DNA from: Eledone cirrhosa
Taxonomy: Eukaryota
Reading direction: 5' to 3'
NCBI GenBank assembly: GCA_964016885.1
Contig: OZ024742.1
Span: forward strand, 320,168,001 to 320,232,000
DNA: 64,000 nucleotides
Positions 45,238 to 60,683 of the stretch are shown one piece after another (positions within the stretch are counted from its first letter, which is position 1; every line of letters begins with the position of its first letter). Position numbers and translations under genes: made by a program. A model generated the notes under the pieces. That model did no database searches. It saw only the letters and a list, made by a program, of their open reading frames with translations, and was not told where the DNA came from.

Positions 45238-46569
45238 GCTGGAAGAGGGGAAGAAAAGCTATATGTCTTGCTGTCTGCATTACGATACATATATATACAC
45301 ACACGCACTGATCGCGTCATAATGACGTAATGCAGACAGCCAGATATATAGATAGATATTATAAGGGCGCAACGTTATATCTATGTATCTATCTAAAAAG
45401 AAAGACTAAGAATTATAGAGAGAGATCGCTAAATCGCCTAATGCGGTCCCTAGGGCATTGAAAATTAAAACACTCACAGGACCATAAGTATTACATGTGT
45501 AAATTTTGAAAACAATCGGTTGGGTGGTTCTCAAGTTTTAGTGAGCTGACAGGCAGACAGACAGACATTCTCTGTTTTAGATATATAGACTAGCAGAAAA
45601 CCACCCGGTGGGCGGTTTTCTGCTAGCAAATCTAGTGTATATACTGAAATTTTAATCATACCATTAGGTGTGAATAAGGAAATATTTTTTTATTGTCAAA
45701 ACAAATGTTCAAAAGTTAAAACTTCAATTTTTTGAATTATTTCCAATTTTTCCATGAAATTGAACACTGGACATTGGCTGCTGGAAATGGAAATTAAATC
45801 GTATTTAATTGTATTTAAATTTCTAACCTTATTTTATTATTTATATTTTCTCAATAAAAAAAAACAACAACAAAAATTGAAGAAAAAATTGAACAAATCA
45901 AACGTAGGTTATGGAACTGCGCAATCTGATTAATAAATTACCTCATCAGCAGCAACCTTCTTCAAATGGTCCTTATTATCAGCAGCAACAACCACAAATT
46001 CAATGGCAACCTTCTTCAAATGGTCCTTATTATCAGCAGCAACAACCACAAATTCAATGGCAACCTTCTTCAAACCACAAATTCAATGGCAACCTTCTTC
46101 GCATGGTGTCAAGTCAGAACCGCCTCGAACTGGTTACTTCTGGCTTGTGCAATGTGTCTCTATAGCAACCAGCGATTTCCTCGGCCTCAGTGACCAAAGT
46201 CAGTGGAGAGGGGAAGGTAATGTTTCTATAGCACGTGTTTTAGCGTCTATTCACTCTCTCTCTCTCTCTCCCTCTCTCTCCCCCTCTCTCCCTCCCGCTA
46301 TCCCCCTCTCGTAGTCTGTCTCTTTCTTTCACTCTCACTCTCTCTCTACGCACGTGTTTCCACTGTCGGACAGACAGACAGAGAAATTGCTGGTTATATA
46401 TATAAGTAGATATATATATAATTATATATTCGTGACAGATATTTTTGCATACACAATAACAAAATATAAATAAACGTATTTATTTCACGAGGCTCAATAA
46501 GGATAAATATATATCAAATATATAAGAACCCTAGAGCAAATCCCGAGTAACGCCGGGCCATTCTGCTAG
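44426..46569. mobile_element. Cluster of nested and tandem non-autonomous Helitrons
   Basis: 5' ends of type (T)CTATATATA...GTCTGTCTG at 44426(+), 45589(-) and 46410(-). 3' hairpin cccgagtaacgccggg + CTAG|T at 46542-46570. CTAG at 45590-45593. Shared internal GA-rich block at 44743, 45131 and 46290(-). Confidence 0.7.
45948..46100. repeat. 54 bp tandem repeat inside the Helitron
   Basis: caaccttcttcaaatggtccttattatcagcagcaacaaccacaaattcaatgg twice, plus partial units. Confidence 0.85.
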
Positions 46570-46621
46570 TATATAATAAAATAAATATGGTTTTATAAAT
46601 ATAGTTTCCATTTATTAATAT

Positions 46622-46680
<59 letters not shown>

Positions 46681-46682
<2 letters not shown>

Positions 46683-46942
46683 AAGGCGGGTAAAATTCCC
46701 GAGATCCATGGACGAGTTCTCTCCAGCGGTCTCTGTCCCTCATTATCGCTGCCATATCCTGTATCTCCAACAGGCCAGTGTCTGTCCCTAGGGCATCAAC
46801 ATATGTTAACCTTGGTCTTCCTCTTCTAGTGTGTCCATGTAGGGGCTCCCAAAGGAGCACTGAGTGCAATGTCAACTCTGGATGTCGGTGAGCATGTCCA
46901 GCCAACCTCAGTCTCCTCTGTGTCACTTTTGAGCTGACTTTT

Positions 46943-46945
<3 letters not shown>
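46681..46945 (-). mobile_element. 265 bp 3' end of the same RTE-like LINE as 34586-34878, embedded in (TA)n
   Basis: Translates [30 protein letters not shown]...GSREFYPP*. (TA)n on both sides. Confidence 0.9.
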
Positions 46946-47581
<636 letters not shown>

Positions 47582-47901
47582 TTTATAAGTCGTTTGGAAG
47601 CCCCGACAATGCAAATGGGTAAATCTCCCGGTAACAAGGTCCGGTGGTGGAGAGAGAGATATGTAAGTGGGTGTACGTTGAGATGCGTGGTGTGTATAAG
47701 ATGTGTGAGATGTGTAGAATGAAGGGAAGAGTAAAAGAATAAAAATAATAATAACAACACAAGAGAGAGAGTTACCTTGGGAGAGATTTAATAGTCCCTA
47801 TATATTTCGCATTCACATCCATCAACTGGGGTTTTTTCCGGGGTGGGGGAAAAGGTTGTCTGTCGGACAACTCGGAACGCGTCTTAAGCTGTTTGTTGAT
47901 T

Positions 47902-47985
<84 letters not shown>

Positions 47986-48487
47986 TAAAATAACAGATTA
48001 AAGTTTAAGCAAAGAATCACTGCTTTCACCCTTAACGGGATCTTCTGAAACTAACAAAGTCAATCTGTAAACGCAGAACTGGATATTTAAAAAAACGTTG
48101 CAACCGGAGGAAGACAGGAAGACGATACTTTGGTTCGTGGTAACGTTCGCTGGCAAAGAACGGGAAAAAACGAATAATACGTCATTAATAGGAGCGGTGA
48201 AAAACAATTACGCGCAAAGACAGAACCACGTTTATGGTATAAAAGAGGTCGTAGACTAATGTTCCCTTAGGTGGTGCATACAGACGTTCTCTGGCAATGA
48301 ACGAAAAAACGAAGATAATAAGTCAAATGTGGAGCGTGGAGAACAATAGCACGCAAAGACAAAATCACGTAAATGGTAAGCAGAATAGTCTTCAATTTTA
48401 TTATTATTATTATTATTATTTAATGCACTGGGTAATTGCTGGCCTTGTGCCTAAAGTAGAAACAATTATTATTATTATTATTATTAT

Positions 48488-48530
<43 letters not shown>

Positions 48531-48539
48531 TACATACAC

Positions 48540-48617
<78 letters not shown>

Positions 48618-48708
48618 GTGTGTGTGTGTGTATGTGTGTGTATGTGTGTGTGCGTATATGTATGTGTGTGTATGTATATGTGTATGTGTGTGTGTATGTG
48701 TGTGTGTG

Positions 48709-48800
<92 letters not shown>

Positions 48801-48946
48801 ATACTTTGGGAGGGTCATGTTGCCAATAAGAAACACACGCACCAGTTGCTTTCACTTCAATTTATTATAATAAATTTATAAATTTAAGAATTTATAAATT
48901 TCTGGTTGGTTGGTTGGTTCCACAACCAGATAGTTGTTTATATATT

Positions 48947-48989
48947 GTCAAAGTTCTTTCGTCACACATTCTGTGACCTCTTCAGTGAC
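48947..48989 (-). ncRNA. Penelope pLTR hammerhead ribozyme
   Basis: gtca CTGAAGA gGTCACAgaatgTGTGAC GAAA gaac TT tgac. Confidence 0.8.
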
Positions 48990-49606
48990 TGGGGATTCTT
49001 TTCTTTGTTTTTGTTTTTGTGCCTCTCCTTTGTTTTGTCCTACGCCATTTTGTTTCTCTGTGTATGTTGTGTGCTCAGTCTGCGCATGCGCCACATCCGG
49101 GTGTCTGTGTGTGTTTATATTCGTTTATTTATTTGTTTATTTACATGTTACCAGCTGGTTGTTTGTTCTATGTGCGTGTGTGTTTTCATTTGTCCTTAAT
49201 TGTAAGTTGTGATGTTGCTGTTCCACTCATATTTTCTATTTAATTTTGGTTGTAATTCTTTTATGTTTATTGCCTCTGTGATTTGTCTAAGCATTGCGTC
49301 TTTTCTGTGTGTAGATTCTATTTTTATTTCTATGTTCTCTAATTTACCCTTATGTTCTATTTTAGCATGTTGGTAGAGTACAGATGATTCTTTACTATCT
49401 TGAAGGTCTCGCCAGTGTTCATTTATCCGTTCCCCTACACTACGAGCTGTCTCACCTATGTACACTATATGTTTGTCTCTACATTGTCCTTCAGTACATC
49501 TTATGCTAGTAAAGAATCATCTGTACTCTACCAACAAACAAATGGCGTAGGACAGAACAAAGGAGAGGCACAAAAACAAAAACAAAAACAAAGAAAAGAA
49601 TCCCCA

Positions 49607-49649
49607 GTCACTGAAGAGGTCACAGAATGTGTGACGAAAGAACTTTGAC
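49607..49649 (+). ncRNA. Penelope pLTR hammerhead ribozyme (inverted copy)
   Basis: Same sequence as 48947-48989 on the opposite strand. Confidence 0.8.
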
Positions 49650-50146
49650 AATATATAAACAACTATCTGGTTGTGGAACCAACCAACCAACCAGAAATTT
49701 ATAAATTCCTAAATTTATAAATTTATTATAATAAATTGAAGTGAAAGCAACTGGTGCGTGTGTTTCTTATTGGCAACATGACCCTCCCAAAGTATAACAA
49801 TATCGGTTTCAACACACGATTTCAGATAAAGAATCTTGCTAAACAAATTCAGAAACGATATATATATATATATATACCTATATATGTATATATAACGAAG
49901 GAGCATACCGCACCAGAGTACTCAATACTTAGGGTAGTAGAGTGGGTAATAGGAGAAAGTATGACCCCGACGGCAGAGCTACACTTAGTCCAGAAATAGC
50001 CGTCGAGGGTGAAAGCAGCGATTCTTTGCTTAAACTTTAATCTGTTATTTTAATAAATATTTGCTCTACGGTTCTTATATATTTGATATATATTTATCCT
50101 TATCGAGCCCTCTTTGGATTTTAGTCTTCAAATTTATTATTATTAC

Positions 50147-50261
<115 letters not shown>

Positions 50262-51014
50262 ATTGAATTTTAGATGGCATCTGTGAGTAATAGCGTCGTT
50301 GCTTACAGGTTTCCATCAATCCAAGTATTTAACGATGACGAGAGTGGCAAGGATGTGTCTGATCAATTCAGACGGAAGAAATACTACACTATATCTTGGT
50401 TGGATAAAATCTAATGATTTAACGATGTCATTTAAAAATAAAAACGATGGAATTGGGTTGTGGTTGGAGATTTGACTATTGTTGCCAGATGGTGCGTTGT
50501 GTCCTTGAGCAAGACACTTTATTTCACGTTGCTCCAATTCACTCAGCTAGGAAAATGAGTTGCGATGTCACTAGTGCCAAGCTGTATTGGCATTTGCTTT
50601 TGCCCTGGACAACATTAGTAGCATGGACAAAGGACACTGATATGCATAGGCGACTGCTGCTCTTCCGAAAAAACATCTTGTCTGGTCTTGTGCTCCGGAG
50701 GGGAACTTTCTAGGTGCTAAATTTTTAATCATTCGCGACTAATGGGGGACTTCTTTTTTTACGTTTTTTGCTAAGAAAGATACAACCACATAAACATACA
50801 CTCTCATACACATACTTTATTTAACATTTGCCTTTAAAGTAACCAACTCACAATGCATTGGCCAACCCGAGACTATGGAGGAAAGCATATGCCCAACATA
50901 CAGTGTACTGAGATCAAAACCGGAATCATGTGGTTGCGAATCGGTATGTTAGCCACAGCCGCACGTTCGATATGACATGTTCCGCTAGCTCCTTGATCGG
51001 TAACCCGGTTTAAC

Positions 51015-51046
<32 letters not shown>

Positions 51047-53809
51047 CACTACCACCACCACCACCACCACCACCACAACCACTATATGACCTCTATAAGC
51101 CTTTAGCAGTGTTCTGTCTGTTGTAGTAAATCGGACCATGTCCCCTGATTGAGAATTACGTCTCTCTTCTTTCCATCAATGGCCCTGCATAAAGCTTTAT
51201 AAATGCTGCCTATTCTACTCCGACTAAACCATAAAAGCAGCCGTCTAGATTTAATCTCTCACCCAGTTTAACACCACCACCTATCCCTTTGATACCCTTA
51301 ATGGAATTCACCCTGCTGCAAACATTCGGTCTATGTCTCCGTTTTGAGGATAACTTGTTGGCTCTCTCTCACCAGTCTCGGGGGACCTGAAAAGTAGTAA
51401 TATGAACTGCCATCCCCGCCCTAACTAAACAAAAAAATACACATCCACTCTTAATTTGCCTCTAAATTTACTTGTAGCTAGTTTAAAATAATCCATTAAT
51501 TCTTCGTTTACTACACGGAGAATTGTGAAAGTATATAAATGGTTTTCTTTCCTGAATGTATATAGAATAAATTGCCAAACAAAGAGACAGTTTTACGATT
51601 TAAAAATATTTTAAGAAAGATGTTTCTTTGTTTTGCTTCTTTAAAGTCTACCCAACACAGCAGTATTGTTTAAGGTAGGGGACGTAATTGAAAGCAAACG
51701 GGTGTAACCGATTTAAAGTAGGCTCTATTGCAACGCCGTGAACGAAACTTTTACGTTGAAAAATGAATGGACTTTTATTTATTGGAATAATTAGTTGATC
51801 CGATGTGACTCTTATGACAAACTTACGACATTATGCAATGCCTCATGAGGTGTTGAAGTAAGAGTACAAGAAACAAGACAGTACAGATAAAGTTGCAAAC
51901 GTTCTTTCCATAATCGCACTTCATCGCTTAAACAAGGGTTTGTTTTGTCCATGGTAGTTTTTGAAAGTAGAACTTCTCTGACCTCGATTGCCAACCGTGA
52001 AATTTATTCTTTATATGATACATATTTACAGCTAAATTGATTGTGTCCTTGAGAATTACGTAAATATTTTTTGTCAGTTTCAACTAAACATATACATACA
52101 GCTCAGAGACGTGGATGAATAAGAATCAACGCGGCCTTCCGTTGGTAGGTATTTGACCTAGTTAACGAAATAAATGAATTATAGAAACTATATTTATCGT
52201 AGATAATATTCTGTGAGACAATGATAATTTATTAAGTAAGTGGTTGGTCGTAAACTAAGTTCAGTGTCGGGCTGCTATTATCTATGGTGAAATGGTGTAG
52301 GAGGAGGCTTGAAATGTGGAAGCTTGAAATATTGAGATTTGAAGTGTGGAGGTTAGAAATGCAGAGGTATGAAGAGTGGAGGTATGAAGTGTAGGAGTAT
52401 TAACTTGCTTGTGCTCTCAATAATTTAGAGTAAAAGTAAAGCACACTTTTAAAGGGAACAAAAAAAGGGGGGGGGGGATATGAAAATAAGAAAAATAAAA
52501 AAAAATAAAGCAACGAAAGAAAGGGAGAGGGGGACACATGAGTTTGAGCGGTGCCTCAGTCAGGCCCCGCGGACAAAAATTTACAGTTGTCTGTGTTTTT
52601 GGTGGCCGTTTTCTATAATCGGGAATTCTTTCTGTTTGAAGTATTACAACCCTCCCCCCTTCCCGCAGGCTACGACAATAATTTATCTGTTATAACTTAA
52701 CTACAGTAAAATGTGTATGTATGACTCTTTAAAAACATTTGTTGTCTATTATTTTTGCAAGTGCGGATAGATTTGTTTTTCTTTTGCTTTTTAAAGTCTT
52801 TTAATGGGATCTGCTTTTAGAGGGAGAAAGAGGTGAAGAATCAATCCCAGTTGCTGAACTTGGATTTTATTTATCAACCCCGAAAAGATGAAAGTTGGCC
52901 CCAAGTGGGATTTGAACTCTGAGAGCCAATGAATACCGCAAAACATTCTGTCCGATACCCTAACAATTCTGTCAATTCACTGTCTTTCTGCTTATGCTTT
53001 ACATAAAAGCTGAAACGTTATAATACCTTATTTTCCTCTTCCTCCTAAAATTATAGGGTCTTTGGGCCTTATATACAAAATGAACCCTATATTACCCCTA
53101 CTGTCAATACTACTGCTTATTTTTTGTTTTGTTTCGTTTTATTACTGCTGCTCCTTCCCACATCTTTCCCTCCCACTTCTTTGTTATTTTTACTGGTGCT
53201 CCTATCTCTTTCTCCTTATCCCTCCTCTAGCTCTCTTTCTCTTTCTTCCCTCCTCTCTTCTCTTCCCTCCCCTCTCTCTCTCTCTTCTCTAGCTCTTTCT
53301 TCCCTCCTCTCTCACTTCTCTCTCCTATCTCTTTCCTTCTTTGTCATTCTTATTGGTTCTCCTGTCCCTCCCCTCTCTCCCATTCTGTTTATCTCCCTCT
53401 CACCCCCCTCTCTCGCTGTTCTTTGTTATTGCTACTGCTGCTCCTGTTTCTCCACTCTCTCCTCTCTGTTTCCCTCCCTCTCTCTCTACCTTCATATCTA
53501 ATTCTCCTTTCTTATTATTGTTACTGGAGCTCCACTCTCTCTCTTTCCCTTACTTTGTCTCTCCCCCTCACGCCACCTTCTCTTTCTTTTCCCCCTCTAT
53601 CTCTCGCTTCTTTGTTGTTGTTATTGGTGCTCCTATCTCCCTCTTCTCTCTACCCTTCTCCCTCTTTTTCTACCCCCTCTCCCCCTCCCACTCGGACCCT
53701 CTCTCTACCCCTCTCTAGCTTGTTATTGTTACTGATGCAGCTGCTTCTGTCATTGTTAATATAGTTTGCACTACTTGCTGTTGTTAATGTTCTGGCTACT
53801 GTTTTATTA

Positions 53810-54565
53810 TTCGGTAGAGCGTCAGACACCATGCTTGCAGCATAGAGTTATGGCTCTTTACGTTTTGAGTTCAAATCCGCCGAAGTTAACTTTCATCCTT
53901 ACGGGGTCGATAAAATAAAGTACCAGTAATACTGGCCTTGTGCCAAAAGTAGAAACAATTATTAGGCAGGGGATTGGCAGTATCGGTAGAGCGTCGGACA
54001 ACATACTTTGTGGCAGACAGTTATGGCCCTTTACATTCTGAGTTCAAATCTCGCCGAGGTTAGCTTTACCTTTCATCCTTACGGTGTCGATAGAATAAAG
54101 TACCAGACACGCACTGTGATCGATTTAATCGACTTTCCCTTCCCCCAAAATTGCTGACTTCGTGTCTAAAACAGAAACCATTATTGGGGCGGGGGGAACA
54201 AAATCGTTAAAAATGTTTCGTGGTATTTCTTCCTGCTCTTTACGTTCTGAGCTCAAATCTCGTTGGGGTTAGCTTTGCCTTTTATCCTCACGGGGTCCAT
54301 AAAATAAAGTACCAGTAACGCACTGAGGTCAATTTAATCGACCCCCCCCCCAAAAAAAAATAGTTGGCCTTGTGCCTAAATCAGAAACCATTATTATTGA
54401 TCCACTTAGGGCGGTGGATTGGCAGTATCGGTAGAGGGTCGGACGCCATACTTTGCAGCATAGAGTTACGGCTCTTTATGATCTGAGCCGAGGTTAACTT
54501 TGCCTTTCATCCTTATGGGGTCGATAAAATAAAGTACCAGTCACGCACTGGAGTCGATTTAATCG

Positions 54566-54596
<31 letters not shown>

Positions 54597-54635
54597 AAAT
54601 TACTGGCCTTGTGCTTAAAGTAGAAACAATTATTA
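53810..54635 (+). mobile_element. Head-to-tail array of four SINE family 1 copies
   Basis: The core cggggtcgataaaataaagtaccag-like block recurs at about 53903, 54083, 54291 and 54517. Each unit ends in gaaac(a/c)attatt. Confidence 0.85.
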
Positions 54636-54689
54636 TTGATCTACTTAAGATAGTTGACACTTCTCATTTGCGCTATCTTCATATTCTGG

Positions 54690-55025
54690 TATGTTGCTGT
54701 TATTGATGTTGATGATGATGATAGTGCTGGCAATGTTGTTGTTGTTATTGTTACTATTGTTGCTTTTGTTGTTTTTGTAGCTGCGGCGATATTACTGTGA
54801 TTTTTTTTCGTCGTTGTTGCTGTTGTTGTTGATGGTGCTGGCGATGTTGCTTTTGTTGTTGTCGTTGTTGCAGTTGTTGTTGTTGTTGTCGTCGTTGTTG
54901 TTGTTGTTGATGGTGTTGGTGCTGGCGATGTTGCTGTTGATTTTGTTGTCGTTGTTGTCATCGTCGTTGTTGTTGTCGTCGTTGTTGTTGTTGTTATTGC
55001 TGTTGTTATTGTTGTGCTTGTTGCA
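54690..55025. repeat. (GTT/GCT)n low-complexity tract
   Basis: Degenerate trinucleotide repeat. Similar tracts at 63480-63700 and 42357-42435. Confidence 0.85.
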
Positions 55026-57915
55026 GTATAAGGATTGGTCAATCAGAGCTAATCGATCAAGACTAATCTGGAGTTACGGTTTCGACCATATGTGTTCTAG
55101 TTGTTTGATCAATAGAACAGCCTGCATGTGAAATTAACGTGCACATGGCTGAACAGTCCACAGACACGTGTAACCTTAACATATTTTGCGTGGAAATTTA
55201 GAGTAACAAAGTGTGTGACAAGGCTGGCCCTTTGAATTACTGATACAACCCCTTTTCCTCAGCTGAATGATCGGGTACAATAACATAAATGAAATATAGT
55301 GTCGAAATCTCGACCTTACGTCTATAAACCGAGGGCCCTAACCACGAAGTCACGTGCCTTCACAAACTATGTGTCGGACCTCCGTCGGTTCTGACGAGGA
55401 TGTTCCAGTTGTTTGATCAACGAACAGCCTGTCCGTGAAATTAATATGCATGTGACTGAGTATTTTCCAAAGAAATGGCTACCATTTAATATAGTTTTTA
55501 GTGAGATTCGATGTGACAAATTGTGTGACTAAACTGGCCCTTTGAATTACACGTACAACTGACCTTTTCCTAGTTGAGTGAACTGGATCAATGAGAAATA
55601 AAGTGTCTTGCTTATAGACACTACGAGTCGAACTCACGACCTTACAATCGTAAGCCGAACATCTTAATCACTAAGCCACATACCTTTAACACTCACGCAC
55701 GTACATACACTCACACACGATTATTTTCAAACTAAGCGACACAAAATCACTGCCTTCAACTAAAAAATAAACAAATAAAATGAAAGAAAAGAATGATAAA
55801 TAACAAGCGAATAAAACTATTGAATATTCACATTAGCATTATAAAACCGCGCAGCATTATTATACAAGGCTAGCTCAAAGTTCACCCGCTAGCCATTGTA
55901 GAATAGTTGAACTGTAGAAACTGATTTATGGCGATGAAAGTTTTGAATGTGATGTACATGCTAACATAAAAAAAAAAATATTGATTTCAAGTGCAAATAA
56001 TTGTTATACAGCTCTCTCTCTCACATTCTTTCTCTTATCTCCCTATATCTCTCTGGAAGAAATCGGCTGTGTTTTGACCTGAAGAAGAATGAACTACACC
56101 AAGCTCATAATATCCATTGCATGTGTTACTGTGAATATTGAAATATAAGTAATTTTTATTTTAAAATGAATTTTCCACCAATCCCGTCGATTTCAGACCA
56201 AATGCAGCAAGACACTATATCCGATGGTCCAGCGTCTCTGCCAATTCACCCTCTTTAGTTCCAGATATAATAAAAAGTTTTTCTTTAACCGAATAACGAC
56301 TGAATACCCAAGGATGTCAAGTCCATAGCAGGCTTAACATCTCAGTTGTCGCTGCTATCCATTTTCAGCTGAGTGGGATGGAGTAATATAAAAAAGGTGG
56401 TGTTTTGTTTAAGAATATAACGCACCGATCGGTTTGGAAATCGAACCCCTTGACTTTACGTAAGCACAACAGTCTAACCACTACAACAGTCAACTCTTTC
56501 TAGTGGTTGGCACAGCACTGACAAGGAAAATCGACTCTGTCGGTTGGGAGTCGGCAGTTACTTTTCAAAACTCAACATTGGTGGAATGGTCCGATCAGAA
56601 TGTTATGTGTGAGTATGGTGGCAATACAATGAGGTTATTAATAACGGTTTCTGATATAGGCACAAGGCCAGCAATTTTTGGGGAGGGGAAAGTCTATTAA
56701 ATCGATCCCAGCGCGTGACTGGTACTTTATTTTATCGATCCCGTAAGGATGAAAGGCAAGGCTAACATCGGAAGGATTTGGATTCAGAATGTAAATGAGG
56801 TTATTAATAATGCTAGTATTTCGTCTGCAATATATATATACGTATATATAGGACCAGGGGTTACCATTGAGGCTAACTAGACAGCTATTTAGGGCTCAAA
56901 CCTAAGAAAGGCGCATTACTGAACCTTAAAGAAACCCAGTTCTATATAACACTTGAATAATTAAATTGAATATAAAATAATTTTCTAGGATCAGTAAATA
57001 AATGACTAAAAATCTTTGCCGCGTAGCGCTGTGGAAATAGTCAAAACAGTAAAGAGGGTCCTAGGGTCTTTTGAGCTGTCGCATAATTTAGCGTGGAGGA
57101 GTAGGATCTGTATAGTGGAAAATACAGTGTTGGTAATTTTCTTAGCGTAGTCAGAGCAGGAGGTTTCAAGAACAAGGTTCATTAACTTATCAAGCTTAAA
57201 TTGAAAATATTTTATTTGGCAGAATGGGGTGCATAACTGGCAAAAGGTGTGCATATTGTAGAGCTAGCCAAGGGCATTAAATACCAAAGCACTGGCTCTC
57301 TCTCTATATATATACATGTATAAACACAAAAGAGACGAGAATGTTGCAGCATGCTGAAACGCTAAATCAGGGCTGATCTGAAGCTAAACAAACATATAAA
57401 TATATATGGTTTACTATATACAACATGAATAGGATTGATATAATTAGAAACGGATGTCACTTATCGAAGGAAATCATTAAATAAAGTAGGTACGGATATC
57501 TTGAACAGCCACATATCACTTCATCTTGTGTGTGCGCGCGCATGTGTGTATATACATACATACATGAATCTGTTGATAAAACCTTTTCTGCCTTTGTCAC
57601 CCTCATTTTAGCCTTAAAGAATTAGCTTCTAAAGAATTTCCCTTTTCTTTAAACCATTAAACCCCACCCATCCTGTAGACACCTGTCTTACAGGCATTGT
57701 TATTTTAAGTGATAAACAAGGATTGGCATTCCAATTTTGAACTTGTTTACAGTATTCTTTCTGCCTTTGTTGATATAATAACTTTAAAGAATTAGCTTTT
57801 AATGAATCCCCTTTCTTTAAATCCTTCAACCAATGACCTACACCCATCCCAATCCCCACCCTCTCCTACCACCAGATAAGGAAAGACATAAATACTACCA
57901 TTTACTTGGACAGCC

Positions 57916-57966
57916 AGCTTCCTGATGATTTCTCACGAATGAAACAGTTCTAGTCCTGTAGAAGCT
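57916..57966 (+). ncRNA. Type I hammerhead ribozyme
   Basis: agcttc CTGATGA tTTCtcacGAAt GAAA CAG ttctagtc CTG TA gaagct. All three stems present, GUA triplet. Degenerate relatives at 38001-38052 and 35130-35195. Confidence 0.85.
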
Positions 57967-58111
57967 ATTCTATATTAAAACTTTTATACTCTGCTATGTA
58001 TTGAGTACCTTACATCATATTCGGATGATGAAACTGGGCTATTGAAATATGTATAGTGTTTTCACGAAATTATGAAGTTTCCAGTTCCGACCTTCTGTTG
58101 TTTTTAATAAG

Positions 58112-58261
<150 letters not shown>

Positions 58262-60683
58262 TAAACCTCTTCTTAGGACATTAGTTGTCCTTAATCTGAC
58301 CTCTGACTGTGACTATTCGGGTTTATATTATTATCCGCGCTTGAAAAGCATGCTGTACTAAGAAGGTTCATTCAAGATTCGTGGCTGGAGTCTCTTGCTT
58401 AAGACAGTAATTGAACCCAATTCTTGACAAGTGCATTATTGACTTCACCGGTATTTGAACTCAACGTAAAGAGTCAGAATAAATATAGCAAAGCATTTTG
58501 TCCGATTCTCTAACGATTCTGATGTGCATCCAATAATGGATTCTGATTTAAATACCAGATCAGCAATTTTGGAAGAGAGCAAATGGGGTAAGTTAGTTAA
58601 ATCGACTCCAAGTACTTTATTTTATCGATGGCAAAGTTAACCTGAACTCAGAACTTAATTGAGCTGAATCTGGATTTGAATGCCGTATAGTGTTGTGTCC
58701 GACGTTCTAACGAGACTGCAACCTCACCGACTTTGAACGTAATTGCACAGAAAATATCGGAAACAAAAATATATAAATAAAGAATCAAATAAATAAATAT
58801 ACTGTATACAAATATAGTTATTAAAAAAACAGAACAGAAAACATTTTTAACTTTGTATAATAGAATAGATCATGATAGAATAGATTATGACAGCCTTTAA
58901 CCGCGATCACGTTGAGATATGTCTATATGATAGAGTTCAAATCCCGCCGGGGTTAACTTTGCCTTTCATCCTTACGGGGTCGATAAAATAAAGCACCAGT
59001 AATGCACTGGGATAATTGCTGGCCTTGTGCCAAAAGTAGAAACAATTATCTATATTGAGAAAGAATTTGCATGAAGAAACTTCATATAAATATCAAGGGA
59101 TGTATGACAAATCATAAGAAAAGGAACTGATTCATATCAGAGCAACGATAGAGGTTAAAACAACCTGTTCACCTCCAATAACGTAGTGACACATTCCCTA
59201 CTCATCAAGGAGACAGTCATGTATCTCCCCCTCTTGTCATTAGCATCAACTGCATACATAGATCCAGACTTGAAGGCTTCAAAATTCCATGGGACTGACT
59301 AAACAATTTACCCTTTTGATATCAACCTACCAGAAACCGTCTTTGGTTCTAAGATTTACAAAAAAAAAAAAAAAAAAAAAGAACCCTAACAAACCGTTCG
59401 TTTTAAAATGTTTATATTATTTTATATTAATCTTTCATTATAATTTTATGTAAGAAACTTTTCCTCAGTTTATAATCCAAACGCCGGCTTAATAACAAGA
59501 AAATCAGTTATTTTACTGAATCCCTCCAAATTTGTTTTTCGGAATTAATTGGAAATCATAGACAGTCTTTTATTAGAAATATGGTAAAGATTAAAAGAAA
59601 AAAAAAATCAATGTAAATTTTAAAATTGCAATATATAATGTCTGCTGCCTGCTTAGCAACAAGTAATGTTGTCAACAAAAAGTAAGAACGATTGAGTAGA
59701 GAGTTATGGTCGTTTCAGTCATGACCATCTTTCCCTTTATTCCAATATAGTGTATCTAAGACAACATTATCCAATATATGCCCCCATTTTCAGGACGGTA
59801 AAGTGTAATTTGAGGAAGATTTGGTTGCTATTTCTCGCATGTCAAGAGACTACGTAGAGACTTCTTCGTTGGCTCGTTATAGATAACATTGAAAGCATTA
59901 CAAAGACAGAATAGAATTTCCAATAAATCATTAATAATAATTTCTTTGAGAGATGAAACCATATAAGATCAAAGAAAGAAATAGCCGACATGCGAATACT
60001 AAATCTTGAGTCTATGTGAATTTCTAGTTTAGTACGGCGAAAGATTTTGATGGTGGCGAAGTGTCAGAATCGTTTGAGCGTCGAATAGAATGTCTTGCAT
60101 TTTACCTTAACTAACAGATTGCTATGCCATACCATGCCATGAGCCTTTAACATCTGACAGAGTCGTTATGGTATTTAAATCTGAAGGAGTCTATCCTCAT
60201 CCAGGTCTGAACATAGCTGATTTTCATTTCTTTCAATGAAAAGCAACAGTAAAGCAGAGCATAATTAAAAACAGTATATCAAAATGTAGTACTGTTTTTA
60301 ATACCGCTTCTGCTTTGCTGTTGCTTTTGATTGCTCTTGTAATTTGCAATATATTAATTGGTATAGTATGAACCTCATCTATGGTATGGAGTTATCTCTT
60401 GTATGTAATACATTTGAAACTTCAAACAATATCTAAACCCCTGAAGATATGAAGATATGTCGAGCGAGGGACAGATACCGCGTATGTATCGTAGTATGGC
60501 CCACCGCTCTACATTGAAACATATGTAGAATACAAATTATGTTTTAAGTATAAATTGGTTATTCACTCTCTATTAATATATATATATATTAATAGAGAGT
60601 GAATAACCAATTTATATGATATGTCCCAAGGCTCTGATACCATCAACACTATAAACACAGCTGGCATATCTAAGAACTGACTA

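Larger units (their letters stand above)
48795..49858. mobile_element. Penelope-like remnant with inverted pLTR, same family as 32295-33899
   Basis: GIY-YIG tail MYIGETAR...LNRKYEWNSNITTYN on minus (49196..49465). 49536-49800 is the inverted copy of 48795-49047. Both ends abut (TA)n. Confidence 0.9.

Noticed and set aside
45911-46165. Gln-rich 84 aa ORF
   Set aside because: It arises from a 54 bp tandem repeat within a Helitron, with no evidence of a gene.
54641-55042. Thr-rich mucin-like ORF
   Set aside because: A simple (GTT)n repeat among SINEs, with no supporting exon structure. The same applies to 63483-63743.
56075-56155. CTGAAGA...GAAATATAAGTA motif; also weak motifs at 18100-18170(-), 47795-47830(-), 48015-48050(-) and 58022-58058
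   Set aside because: Core or stems are too degenerate to call individually.
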